DNA from: Antedon mediterranea
Lineage: Eukaryota; Animalia; Echinodermata
Direction of reading: 5' to 3'
Length of the DNA stretch: 64,000 nt
NCBI RefSeq assembly: GCF_964355755.1
Contig: NC_092673.1
Location: 35,337,648 to 35,401,647, forward strand
In this document: in pieces, positions 12,701 through 23,822 of the stretch
How positions within the stretch are numbered: the first letter of the stretch is position 1
Layout of the letters: the number at the start of each line of letters is the position of its first letter
The notes under the pieces: model-generated
Database searches by the model: none
Told to the model about the DNA's origin: nothing
Seen by the model: only the letters and a program-made list of their open reading frames with translations
Program-made: the position numbers and the translations under genes

Positions 12701-13415
12701 AATTTTGAATGATTTGAAATGCGGGTTGCTTCACCGTTCTGGATTCTGCAGATTCCGCTTTCAAACTTAAGGTCAAGGAAGCCCTTCACATCTCGTGGAG
12801 TAAACCTTCCTTGAACAAACAAATCTATAACTTAGGCGTCACACTTGCCATATGATTGGTTGTTGCCTACATTCCTTGTTTTATTATGCTAATTACTTAC
12901 TTTTTTACATACAATATGTCCTATTGGTATATAAGCACTCTAGGCGTTGTTTACTGTTCTGATGATGAGAATAGTTTCTCGAAACATGTCACATTTACAT
13001 TTTAAGGCAATTTGCCTTTTTATTAAATGCCTCGTTATAGTCATCCTAACTCGCAAGTTTGGTGGTATTATTCATAATCCATAATAAATTGTTACAACAA
13101 GCTACGTGAATCTGAATGTCAAATGGTACTTCCTCTATGTTGCATTAGTGTATATAATATGTCAAGTTAATAACTTGATGACAAGTTTAAAATGTGTGTT
13201 TTTCCATTGACCATTAATAGACTAAACAATTTTGAAATACTTTTTTGCCCTCAGTTGATATTCCTCTACATCTAAGTATCAGGCAAACATCAGATGAAGG
13301 TGCACCGATTGTTGTGTCTGACCCTGAGAGTGACCAGGCAAAAGCATATAGGAATCTGGCCGATGAAGTGGTCAGGAGGTTACCAGAATACAAAGACCCT
13401 ATATCTAAGAGCTGA
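3626..13415 (+). CDS. NUBPL: Iron-sulfur cluster transfer protein NUBPL/Ind1 (Mrp/NBP35 family), 10 exons, 324 aa
   Basis: Exons 3626-3739, 7623-7761, 8352-8386, 9575-9668, 10085-10124, 10280-10370, 11054-11147, 11568-11653, 12113-12233, 13255-13415. All are GT-AG, phases match, total 975 nt. Motifs: deviant Walker [54 protein letters not shown]. Confidence 0.95.
4355..6668. mobile_element. Non-autonomous MULE-like element nested in the Ginger-like element
   Basis: TIR GGGTGTCACGAAACCTAAGACC with CTAAGAC subrepeats, 10-bp TSD CGCCCATATT. Confidence 0.8.
5597..6201. mobile_element. piggyBac-like MITE (nested)
   Basis: TTAA flanks, imperfect TIR CACGTTCACTGCCA / TGGCAGTCAATGTG. Confidence 0.75.
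7623..7761 (+). CDS. NUBPL: NUBPL exon 2 (P-loop)
   Basis: [30 protein letters not shown]. Confidence 0.95.
8352..8386 (+). CDS. NUBPL: NUBPL exon 3
   Basis: [20 protein letters not shown] boundaries. Confidence 0.9.
8440..9230 (+). mobile_element. 5'-truncated Rex1/Babar-type (CR1 clade) LINE
   Basis: [57 protein letters not shown]; frameshifted, with an A-rich tail. Confidence 0.85.
9575..9668 (+). CDS. NUBPL: NUBPL exon 4
   Basis: [30 protein letters not shown]. Confidence 0.95.
10085..10124 (+). CDS. NUBPL: NUBPL exon 5
   Basis: [13 protein letters not shown]. Confidence 0.9.
10280..10370 (+). CDS. NUBPL: NUBPL exon 6
   Basis: [30 protein letters not shown]. Confidence 0.95.
10557..10890. 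repeat. 48-51 bp minisatellite, ~7 copies
   Basis: Unit TAACATCAGAGCTGAAGTATCCCCACTCCATCC(CCC)AACTACAGAGTGATT. Confidence 0.95.
11054..11147 (+). CDS. NUBPL: NUBPL exon 7
   Basis: [31 protein letters not shown]. Confidence 0.95.
11568..11653 (+). CDS. NUBPL: NUBPL exon 8
   Basis: [29 protein letters not shown]. Confidence 0.95.
12113..12233 (+). CDS. NUBPL: NUBPL exon 9 (CxxC Fe-S binding)
   Basis: [24 protein letters not shown]. Confidence 0.95.
12291..13075. mobile_element. Truncated Penelope-like retroelement: inverted GIY-YIG fragment plus pseudo-LTR
   Basis: The minus-strand ORF 12359-12694 is a GIY-YIG endonuclease ([36 protein letters not shown]). 12291-12495 is an inverted copy of ~12719-12923. 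12-bp TSD AATCCATAATAA at 12279-12290 / 13076-13087. Confidence 0.9.
12955..12993 (+). ncRNA. Minimal type I hammerhead ribozyme (Penelope-associated)
   Basis: TGTT-CTGATGA-T-GAGAA-tagt-TTCTC-GAAAC-AT-GTC-ACA. It has the conserved core, a 5-bp stem II, a palindromic ACATGT stem III and a GUC cleavage triplet. Confidence 0.75.
13255..13415 (+). CDS. NUBPL: NUBPL exon 10 (terminal)
   Basis: [35 protein letters not shown]...KS*. Confidence 0.93.
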
Positions 13416-13674
13416 CAGTAAAAGAGGAATCAAGATAGGTCTATTTGTTTATTTTTCACTAGCTGACTGGGCTAATCCGTAAATGTATGAGCCTGCATGC
13501 CATGCCTAGCTCAAACTACTGTGTTTGTTGCAATGTTGGTGTGTTATTATCTGATGTGTCATATGTTTGTGTCACTATTCATTAACAACATTACATCTGC
13601 TGTTGCATAGTTCATGACATAACAATAGTATCAATTTGTTGTTGTATTTTTTGTACAGTTACATTATGCTTTAA

Positions 13675-14557
13675 CCCTCTTAGTACCGAATTCCCTAGAG
13701 AGAGCCATTTCCCCTCAACCGAATTCTTTTCAGAACAGCATTTTTATAGTACTCCAGGGAGTTGACATTTTTAAAACAGTAATTTCATCATTTTATTATA
13801 AATGTATGAAAATATGTTTCTAAAAACAAATATTCCTTATTAAATTTCCTGTAAAATGATGTATAATGAATATTTGTATGATTTATTTTTATTTATGAAA
13901 TGTATGAATTAAAAAAAATTTAAATAAAATTTCTTTAAAAAAATCGTATAAAAACGATAATAAAATGATATTTAGAAAACCCCAAGAAACAAATATTTAT
14001 AATACATACCTATAACTGTACATTTACTTGAACAAAAGTAATAATAGGAGAGTTAGATACGAGTTATTTTATTCAAATAAACCGCCATCGTATAATTTTA
14101 GCCTAGGCCCAATCAAACCATCCTATCACCATCGTTAGTCTGAACATGCCCACTACAAGCAAGTTGCTCAGGCGAGTAAATTCTGACAACGTGCTGCATG
14201 GGCCTACAAAAAATCCTTCTCGCGTTGCACATTTTTCAACAAAGAAGTCAGTATTTCCGGTTGTCTGACTAGATACGGGAAACGTGTAATCCACAAACAA
14301 CGTAATTTTGATTAATTAATCAGTTTTTAATTAATATTTCCAAAAGATTTTCACATAGCGAAAATATTTTCGTTGACATTTTTGGAAAGTAAATTTTACG
14401 CTTGATCGAATAAAAGCTATCCCAGAATCCTCAGACAAGCAGAAGTTAGTGATTATCGCCCTCAAACACAGAAGGTACGATTGGTGTCTAACGCCGACTA
14501 TGGGTGTTCAACGCATGTCCCCAGGGGTTTCAAACGCCGCCCGTGGCACTAAGAGGG
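13675..14557. mobile_element. piggyBac-like non-autonomous element
   Basis: TTAA-CCCTCTTAGTACC ... GGCACTAAGAGGG-TTTTAA. Confidence 0.75.
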
Positions 14558-14769
14558 TTTTAAGATCCAGAGTTTGTTCTAGCTTATGTTGAAACTAACT
14601 TAAAAGGTTAAAGAGAGCTTAGACATTTAAACCAATTTGTCATCCTATTTCCTTGTGGATAATGGGATGTCAGGAATGCCCCAGATCATAAGGTGGTGTA
14701 GATGAATGAATCCATTGAAAGGATTTCAAAAGTTATACCAGAGAGCAATGTGGCATACTGAAACCTGCC

Positions 14770-15020
14770 ATCCATTAGCATTGTGTTGGTCTAACGATTG
14801 TGAGTCCGATTCCACGATTGTCACATTGCTTGTATCATTAGGCAAAACACTTTGCCTCTCTCCACCCAGGTGTACACCTCGATCAAGACACAACCTTGCG
14901 CTGATTAATAGCTGCATTATGGGAGTGTTTCCATAAGTGTTTGATCCAAAAATGACTGGGGTAATAATATTTACAGAGGTTAGAGGTTTCTTAACATTGA
15001 GCACTTTATAAATCCAGGAT
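14770..15020 (+). mobile_element. Degenerate SINE
   Basis: Core GGCAAAACACTTTGCCTCTCTCCACCCAGGTGTA and an L2-like tail GCACTTTATAAAT. A related copy lies on the minus strand at ~18985-19115. Confidence 0.55.
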
Positions 15021-15021
15021 A

Positions 15022-15582
15022 TTATTACCTCCGCCAAGGAGGTTATGTTTTCACCCCTGTATGTTTGTGTGTGTGTTTGTGTGTTTGTGTGTCTGTGAAC
15101 AGCTTGGAGGCCACAGTTTTTATCCGATTCTCACCAAATTTAGCCACAATGATTTATGCCTCAAAAGCTCGGACGAGTTTGAATTTGAAGGGAAAAGGTC
15201 ATAGGTCAAGGTCACAACTAACAAAAAACTATTTTACTGCCTACAGACCACAGTTTTTATCCGATTCTCACCAAATTTAGCCACAATGATCAATTACTTA
15301 TATAATTGTGGTTAAATTTTGAAGGGTCAGGGTCAAAGATCAAGGTCCACAAAAAAAAAAAAAACCTCAGCAGGACTTGAACCAGCGATCTCAACTGTGA
15401 GAGGCTGGATACATAACCATTACACCAAACTCTCATCTACAACTTGGTAGTGTGCGTTAGCCTATTTACATTTAGAACTAATAAAAAAAAAATTTAAATA
15501 TATATATATATTTTCCGGGGACATTTTATGTAGGGAATTTTACAGTAGTCGGAGGTTTGTACTCTCGGAGTACCCTCTAGTT
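15022..15582 (+). mobile_element. Helentron/Helitron-type non-autonomous element
   Basis: TTATTACCTCCGCCAAGGAGGTTATG start, (GT)n tract, internal duplication, subterminal GGAGGT, hairpin GTACTCTCGGAGTAC, CTAG end. Confidence 0.7.
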
Positions 15583-16234
15583 ATTATTATTATTAATATT
15601 ATTATTATTACATTTAACTTTTGATATTAACTAATATAAATGCCTGCATGAAAAATCTAAGTACAGTCCTTTACGTGTATTGTACCTTAGTAGGGTACCG
15701 GTAGGGGTGATGATCATGTCTTGTGATTCAGTATTGCCTACAAGGATGTGACTAGAGGGGAGACTAGGAGGTGGGGGTAAACATTGTAATTACCAGCAAG
15801 GGGTTTCTTGGTCATGTTTGCAGGTTTAAAATTAGGCAGGATGGACTTCGTTGGGTATTCAGGATATGGCCACCCTACTTGATTACATCCATGCCTAGTA
15901 CATATTATGTCATAATTAAACTGAGATAAGCGTGGCATGAAATTTAAGTATTTTGCATTTAGACTTAAAACCTGACTGCTTATCAATCTGAAATAAACCA
16001 CTCCCACTTTATACATGTTGTAGCTATAGTGTTATACAACACGTAATTGAGATTTGCAATTACAATTTGTTTAAATAAATGATGATATGATTTTTTTTTG
16101 TGCAATATGTTGCTCATTGTGATTTAAAAAAAAATAAATAAACAGATTTTTGAGTATCTAATTTATGTCTTCTGTGTTTTTTAAAGTTCAACAATCTTAT
16201 TTATGCAATGGTCGGTTGTTAACTCCAGCTCCAA

Positions 16235-17277
16235 ATGGCGCGTTATATCTTAAAAGCACCTCGAAATACACCTTGTGCCGCCTTATATGGAGAGCTTGGT
16301 TGGTCTCCAATTAACGAGATTCATAACGCTCTTCGTATAAAATACTTCCATAGAATTATAAAGATGGAAAACTATCGATGGCCAAAAATTATGTTTATTG
16401 GAATGCTACAACTTAATTGTGAATTTAAAGACTTAAGGTATAAGTTTCTATCTTGTATAAACGATATTCTCTTGAAGTGTAATTTTGAATCCAAAAATAT
16501 TTTCACCACTCTCTCAAATTATAAAGAAGTCTACTTTCCAATTTCTGAAATCTTAAGAAAACTTAACTATATAATGATAGATGAATGGAGAATTGAATTA
16601 CAAAATAAATCAAGTCTCCACATCTATGAAACATTAAAATCAAAATCTGGACTTGAAAATTACTTAATTGATAAAACTAATTTTGAAGGTGCTGCATTAA
16701 AATTTAAAGCTCGTTCAAATACTCTACCTTTGAATGATAGAACTGCAAATTGGAATATTGATAATAATGAAAAATGTAAATTATGCGGTACAAATTCGGA
16801 CGAAGACATCCATCATTTCATCTTTAATTGTCCAGCTTTAAATAATATACGTAATCAGGAATTATTTAATTTATATGTGGAAATGTATAGAAATGGCAAC
16901 AAAGATATGTTTGATACTTTTTATACTTCTCATGAAAATGACAAACTTAAATATATTTTGGGATACTCAGATAATTTAATTGATGAAGAGTGTGAAAATA
17001 TTTTGGATAGTTTTTGTAAAAGATACCTAAAACAAGCATGGAAATTTCGAAAAATGATTTACTGAATTCCATGAGTGTAAAGTTATGATCTACTGTATGT
17101 ATCGATGTAAATTGGGGGGGGGGGGGGGGGGGGGTTGGATAGGGGTTGATAGTTGCTTTTGCCTTTTTTTTACTTTTCTGTTAATTGTTATATTTTGTAT
17201 TGTGAAGGATGCACCTTTGTGCTAAGTGTGCCACCGATCTAAAGGTGTAATTCCAAATAAATAAATAAATAAATAAA
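16235..17277 (+). mobile_element. 5'-truncated non-LTR retrotransposon (RTE-X-like ORF2 C-terminus with CCHC zinc finger)
   Basis: 276-aa open frame with TPCAALYGELGW and CKLC...EDIHHFIFNC; (AAAT)n tail at ~17255-17277. Confidence 0.8.
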
Positions 17278-18984
17278 CTTGCAGTTGTAGCCAACTTGTA
17301 TATTTTAAGTGACCGCTGCACTTAGGATTTAGTAAGTTCAGCGGTCACTTAAAATGAAGAAACAAATAAAGTATGCTTTTAGAATATTTATCGCATAAAT
17401 TATCAAATGCAGGCCTTGATGTTGTCCTTGCTTCTTCTGAATTGTATTGTATGTGGTGTGGTATATAAAACAAATATTGACTAGGACTTTTATTGTGATA
17501 TGGTTCAAAATATAGCCCACAGTAATTTGGAGATATACTATAGTTTCCAGATCAGCTTGAGTTAGTCTTGTTATATTTGTATAATATCATTGTTTACTTT
17601 TACAATGTTAACATTTCCAGGTAGGATTAAAGTTTCTTTACACAAACACCACTTTTTATACTTGCATGATTTTGTTTTTCTATTGAATTGAATCTTTCAT
17701 AGTTTGAGCATACGCAAAAAGTGATTCCTCCTTTCCCTACCTACCCTAAGTTTAATTCAATTCAATTCATTTATTTTCCAGAAGAGAGCCCTGTTCATGT
17801 CAGTTTATTACTAATTTGATACATTCATTACAGCCTATGAATATGAATTTGATGTAATAGTTGATTACATTAATATAATAGCTGGCAATTGTCATAAAAT
17901 TACCAGAGCATGCATTTGGTAACAATAATGAGTGTACATTGTGTATAAATGACGACATACCTTTATGTTTACTACCATTGATCGATAATGAGTCTATAAA
18001 AATACTTCCTTGTCGAGTGTACTTCTGGCTGCTTTCCCTTGTAGTACTACATTAATGGTTGATTGCAGTATAGTTTCCTTTATTTGTTGATACATAGTTA
18101 CATTTCCTGTTATATATAAATTTAAACTCTATATTATCATACACGTGACACTGACGTCACACTGACCTAGTACCAGCAATTTATTTTAACTTTTGTAAAA
18201 TTAAATTTGATGCATGGATAATTTAATTTGGGTCATTCTAAAAATAGTATTTATTTGTAATATTATTTTACTCAATGAATTTTAGAATCAATTAAAAAAT
18301 ACTAATTTATGAAAAAAAAGCAATATAATGTATTATGCAATTACCATGTGCTTGGTCTTTTTCTCTACGGCAGGAGTAGATAAACACCACGGTACGTTCT
18401 GCTCAAAGAAAATGTTTCTTTTTTATGTTGAAATAATGATTATTATTAATCATCTTATAGTTTTTCAGAAAATCACTTGTACCAGAAAATATTTGTATTT
18501 AGTTATTCACTTTTTATTTATTTATTCTTTTTTATTTTCCCTTTTCATAGGTTTTCTTTTCTTGTTAAGCAGCATAGTCTCTAGAAAACATGGGATTCTT
18601 TGATATATTGGTAAGTAATGTAAAACAAAATATTAGTTAGTAGTGTTTAATTTGCTCAATTCTTGGTGGAAGAGGTGATGGTTGAGATTAGAGTGGATTT
18701 TTTCCCACACCTGTTCAACAGCATTATGTTTAAACATTATGTAATAATGTTAAAATAGAGGTGAGCCCTCTTTGAAATAAGCACTAATTGAGATATCTTG
18801 CATCATTTTGTGTTTAAAGGCTTGGTGTATAGCATTTTGATTGAAAACAGAAAATGTGCATATCCATTATCAACCTATGATAGAACCATGTTTTATTATA
18901 ATAAATAATAATAATATCATCGATTTGTTGTGAAACCTGTACCATAATGCAGCTAGTAATCAGCGCAAAGTTGTGTCTTGACCT

Positions 18985-19115
18985 TACCAGGTACCCATTT
19001 GTACACTTAGGTGGAGAGAGGCAATCGTATTAGTAAAGTGTTTTTCTCAAAGATGCAAGCAATGTGACGAGCATTGGATTTGAACCCACAATCCAACGTC
19101 CAACACACTGCGCCA
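18985..19115 (-). mobile_element. tRNA-derived SINE relic
   Basis: Reverse-complement A/B boxes (GTGGCGCAGTG, GGGTTCAAATCC) and core CTCTCTCCACCTAAGTGTACAAATGGGTACC. Confidence 0.6.
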
Positions 19116-20437
19116 CATGCTCTTATCAAATCTTAAAATACATTGACAGATTAACATGTGATGACCAAGAGAGCGAGGGAAGTTGAAAAGGAGCCGGGTA
19201 TGTGTTTGTTGTATAAAAAACATACTCATGTTGAAAGTATATGTTTTTATTAATTCCACAGAGAAGAATTCAGCAAGGCATTGTCCATTGGGGGACAAGA
19301 CTAGTAAATAAGTTTTTCAGTCCTCGTATAGAAGATGTAAGTAATTTTAATATGTCTGATAAAGGTTTTACACTTGTTTTGTGCATTCAGTATATTCACA
19401 GTCAAGTACAGTTACATAATTCTTCTTTTAAAGATGAATGGTTGCCCTCTAAAAAAATAATAATTTTTAACAATTTTTTGTTGAATATGCCATTCTCATC
19501 ACATAATAGTTATTCATTCATTTATTTATTCATAGTCAAACACAGTAAAATATGTACATGGTTTGAAATTATTTTTGTTAAAAATTCACATAAAAATATA
19601 AAAATGAGTTAAAAGGTTAACATTTTGTAAAAATACAAATAAAACACATCATTTAAAATACAGATAAAATACATAGTTTAAAATACAAAATACAAGCAAG
19701 ATTGGTGTGTGAAGAGTTACTCACTTTTACCAAAAATTTGATAAAAAAAAAACCTGAAAAAATGTAATTTAAAGCAAGAAATAGTCAATAGTCAATTGGG
19801 TTTTGGTTGAATTTAACTGCTTATTTTGTAATTTTATATTAAAGTGAGAATATTATTTTGTTTTGGTTTTTTTCTACGTAAGTATTAAAACTATAAATGG
19901 CCTATTTGAAGTTTTATTTTATTAATCTGGTCAGTAAATTGGTAAGAGTTTTGGTTCTGAGAGTCACATATTTATAGTAAAGCTTAAAAGTGAAATAACA
20001 CTGAAAAATTCTTTTTCTTTTCTTTTTTTAGGACATAATACTAATAGACAAAATGCAAAATTTGAGTCTTCAAGATAACTGAAATATTTCCATCTTTAAG
20101 CACTACCAGCAACAGTTAAATAAATATGGATACATTCAGAAGATTTTAACTGTTTAGATAACAATTTTTCCAGAGAATATTTACTCTTTTGTTAACTAGT
20201 TAGTCTCACATCCACTGTATGGACACCAGATAGTCGGGACAGTAAACGCAAAAGGATGACAGTAAATAACAGAGCGAGTACAAATCAATTTCAAGAAACA
20301 CGTGCCCATGTAAACACCATGAACACCTAATCATAACCTTAAAAGTGGCATCAACCAAAGACAGTCCATACAATGAACAGAACAGAGTATAGTGTACTTA
20401 TACTAATATTTTGTATAAATTACTGTATCCTTCCATC

Positions 20438-20610
20438 TAAAGCATGGTTCACACTAGCGACGCAACGCAGCTACATATTGATGCAACAGTGCTGCAAATA
20501 TCGCAGGTTTGATTTCACGCAGGCGGGGGAAAATACAATGAGTGGAAGGGCATTTTCTTACATTGCATAAGTTGTGTTACATTGCATCGCTACTGGAAAC
20601 CAAGCTTAAC
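20438..20610. mobile_element. Short MITE (AAGCTTGGTTCCCACTAG family)
   Basis: Imperfect TIRs AAGCATGGTTCACACTAGCGACGCAA / TTGCATCGCTACTGGAAACCAAGCTT; a related copy lies at ~45545-45711. Confidence 0.6.
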
Positions 20611-21644
20611 CGTCTTGATGTGAAAGCTCATTACTTTATGTTTTAAAAATAAGGTGGAATGTCATAATATTTCGTATCAAATATGAAATATTTTTGCAAT
20701 GACATTTCATTTTTCTTAAAAACATAAAGTGAGCTCAAAGAATTTTGTGTTATAGTATGTAGGCCTCATTAGAAATAATTATGTTAATATGACCTGTTTC
20801 TGTGATTGCCATTATAGTAAATTAATGTATGTTAAATCTTTTTGGTTCGAAAGGTTTTCATTAGTAATAAATATTCTTCCCTTTGCTGCTGTACTTTGAA
20901 TTGTTTTGCTATATTGTGAATTCATAGAACAACTGAAGTCTTATGCTATCGGTCTCGAAAAATGAAACTTAAAATTCATGTTTATAACATGTTCTGAAAC
21001 TAGGTATATTGAAAAGAACAGTAGTAAGAAAAAAAGTATGAAGCAATATTTTAGAAAAGTGATGGAGAAAGCTACAAAATTAACGGACGTTTCTCGTTTT
21101 CATTCGGAACCATGCTCCTGCAAAGTTTTGTATTTTGTGCGTCTGCTTAAACCATGAAAATAAATAGTTGCGTTTCCTGTGAATTGGAAGGATGAAATCA
21201 CATGCTATTTATTGATTATTGGTTGAATATCTGAATTATTATTATTATTATTAGTCAAGTAAATTTCCGGAAATGAATGGTGGCAAATATGCACTGTTAC
21301 CATTATTTAAGTTGCCAAAATGGAATTAATTAGAGACAAATTCAACCAACCAGGGAAAGTTATTTTACAACTCCCTGATCATGGCGTATTATCGGCTCTA
21401 TCTCTCGTTCTCCCATTATTTTTACCCACATGAACATACAGAATAAACATAGAGAATCGGCAATAAGCATCATTACTGGAATCATGTAATTGGGAATCTC
21501 TGACTTCACACCATAGTTTGTGGTTGAAATTATTATTATTATTATTTTTATTTGGTTTTCTGTAATTCTACGTATTTTGTTTTCTCATTTAGTATAATCA
21601 GGGAGTTCAATTGTTGTAACTCCCTGGTATAATTATACGTTCAA

Positions 21645-23182
21645 GGGTCATTCTTCAGTAAGTGTCTAAAATCGTGTCCCGATACTTTGGTGGGATAGAG
21701 ACTGAAAATTCATCATTAAAAAATAAAAATTCTTGACTTAAATCATAATCAACATTATTGTAAATACATGTATAATTAATTACATAAAACAAAGATAATT
21801 ACATTGATATTGTTAATTTTTATAAAAATGTTTCAGGCAACCCCCTAAAATCCTATGTCCCGATCGTACATCTTCAATTTTATGATCGCTGTATATATTT
21901 GATAACAGGACTTTTGTTATCGAAAATATTGTAAAAAGTTAGTTAATCATGATTTCATGCGATTATATTCTTCGAAATACATCTCTACATACATTAAATC
22001 TCAAACTTTAAAGTTTTTGTTTGGAAAAAGCTTGTCCCGCAGTTTTGTGTCATTTCCATCACATAATTTAAATGTACCGTCTACAGTTTAACGGCGGGGA
22101 AAAAAGTTGACTGTGCGTTGTAAACATGCGAAGATATTGAAATAAAACTAGCCGCGCATAATTTCAATAAAAGAGGAAAAAAGCTAAAAAAAACGAGGTT
22201 TTAGAAAAATTACAGTTGCGTATCCGAACGGTATAGAACTCATTAAATAATTATAATTTCTGTTTTTTTTCAACTGGAAGTACAAGTTATTCACGGTATC
22301 TAGAAGTATGCAATCCGTCTCCGCTGTCAGACATGCCTACGATGTGATCCTAGGCTGTCCAATGCTAAATACATCATCTCCGTCACGGTCAGCTCCGTCA
22401 CATTTCCCAATGTTTCGTTGTGACGGAGATGACGGCCCGTGACGGATATGACTTTTTGTTATTGCCAGGGCCTTTTTTTGTTGTACATTTTGTTTTGTAT
22501 ATCTTTATTATGTTATTACATTGTATATCTATGTGACTTTGGTCAATAAACATAATCAAATCATATCTTAAAGTCATCTCCGTCACATGATTTTTTAGGT
22601 TTGTCATATCCGTCACGGTTTCATCTCCGTCACATGGATATTTTATCCTTTTAAATCCTAAAATATTTAAGTAATGAACGCAATTATGTGGTATATTGAA
22701 ATATAAACAATATTCTTCTACTATGTCAATGGATAGTAATATTAGTTCAACAGAATTTTGTAAAACATCAGTGACAGTCATACTACTATTTTCTGAAAAT
22801 TATTATTTTTTGGAATAGTAAATGGTTTTGAACGTATAACATCATACTTATAAATGTTAAAACAATCATTTTTTGATTAATAGAGACAAAAATAATATAT
22901 AGTATCAAAGAATTAATAATGGAAATAATTTTATAATTCCTGAACCGTTATTTTTTCTATCTTTGTATATTCCATAATTGTGACGGAAATGACAGTAACA
23001 TAGAACCATGTATTTATAAATACGAATAAAATACGAAATATATAATAAAGATTGCGCCAAACATACGCTTGCAATGTAATACATGTTCATTTATCTGAAT
23101 AAACTTTTAAAATTAAAAAAATGCAAATTTTAAAATCGATTTTTTATAAACCTGAAATTAGACACTTACTGAAGAATGACCC
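21645..23182. mobile_element. Sola2-like non-autonomous DNA transposon
   Basis: TIR GGGTCATTCTTCAGTAAGTGTCTAA, 4-bp TSD TCAA, internal TCCGTCAC repeats. Confidence 0.75.
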
Positions 23183-23299
23183 TCAAATAGTTTTCATTCA
23201 TCATTGATGCACTCATCTTATTTATTCTTTCCACACATTTTGGAAATTGAAAACATTTCTCTTGTGTGTTTAACATACGTTAATAGAATGAATATGTGT

Positions 23300-23760
23300 A
23301 AGTAATCATGCCGCCCATTTTGTGTCTTGTCAATACTCCATGGTCCAATCCACAAACCAGAAGTAAACAAACATTACGTAATCAAACAGCGCCCTCATAT
23401 TTAAACTTTTTTTATACACATTCATGAATAATATGATGCCGAATACTCACTAATAATTATAAATACCAAAAATATCGTTGTGCATAATAATAAATTATAT
23501 GTTATGTTATTGACATTTATTATGCTATTCTTTTGGAAATAATTAGGAAATTTATATTACCACATACAAAATAAAAAAAGGTCTGGCGACCAAATTTGTC
23601 AACAAATAAATTGGAATTTGTTGTCTACACAAAATCACAAAGTCACGTGAGTGCTATGGGTTTTTCAGAAGTTTAATTCCCAGGTTCAACGAAACAACCT
23701 GGAAGAATTGTATTGAAAAATCTGTCATATAAAGTCACAAATCAGTATCAAAGGTTTGAA
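23300..23760 (+). promoter_or_regulatory. Putative FKBP15 promoter/5' UTR
   Basis: Directly upstream of the ATG; GTCACGTGAG E-box at 23642-23651 and a YY1-like CCATTTTG at ~23315. Confidence 0.45.
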
Positions 23761-23822
23761 ATGTTTAGTGGAGGAGCCGATGATGAAGATGGATCAGAAT
23801 TTGGCTCAACAATGTCTTCTGG
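23761..23822 (+). CDS. FKBP15: FKBP15 exon 1a
   Basis: [28 protein letters not shown] phase-2 donor. Confidence 0.88.

Noticed and set aside
16235-17065. 276-aa ORF as a host gene
   Set aside because: Non-LTR retrotransposon C-terminus with a zinc finger and (AAAT)n tail, 5'-truncated
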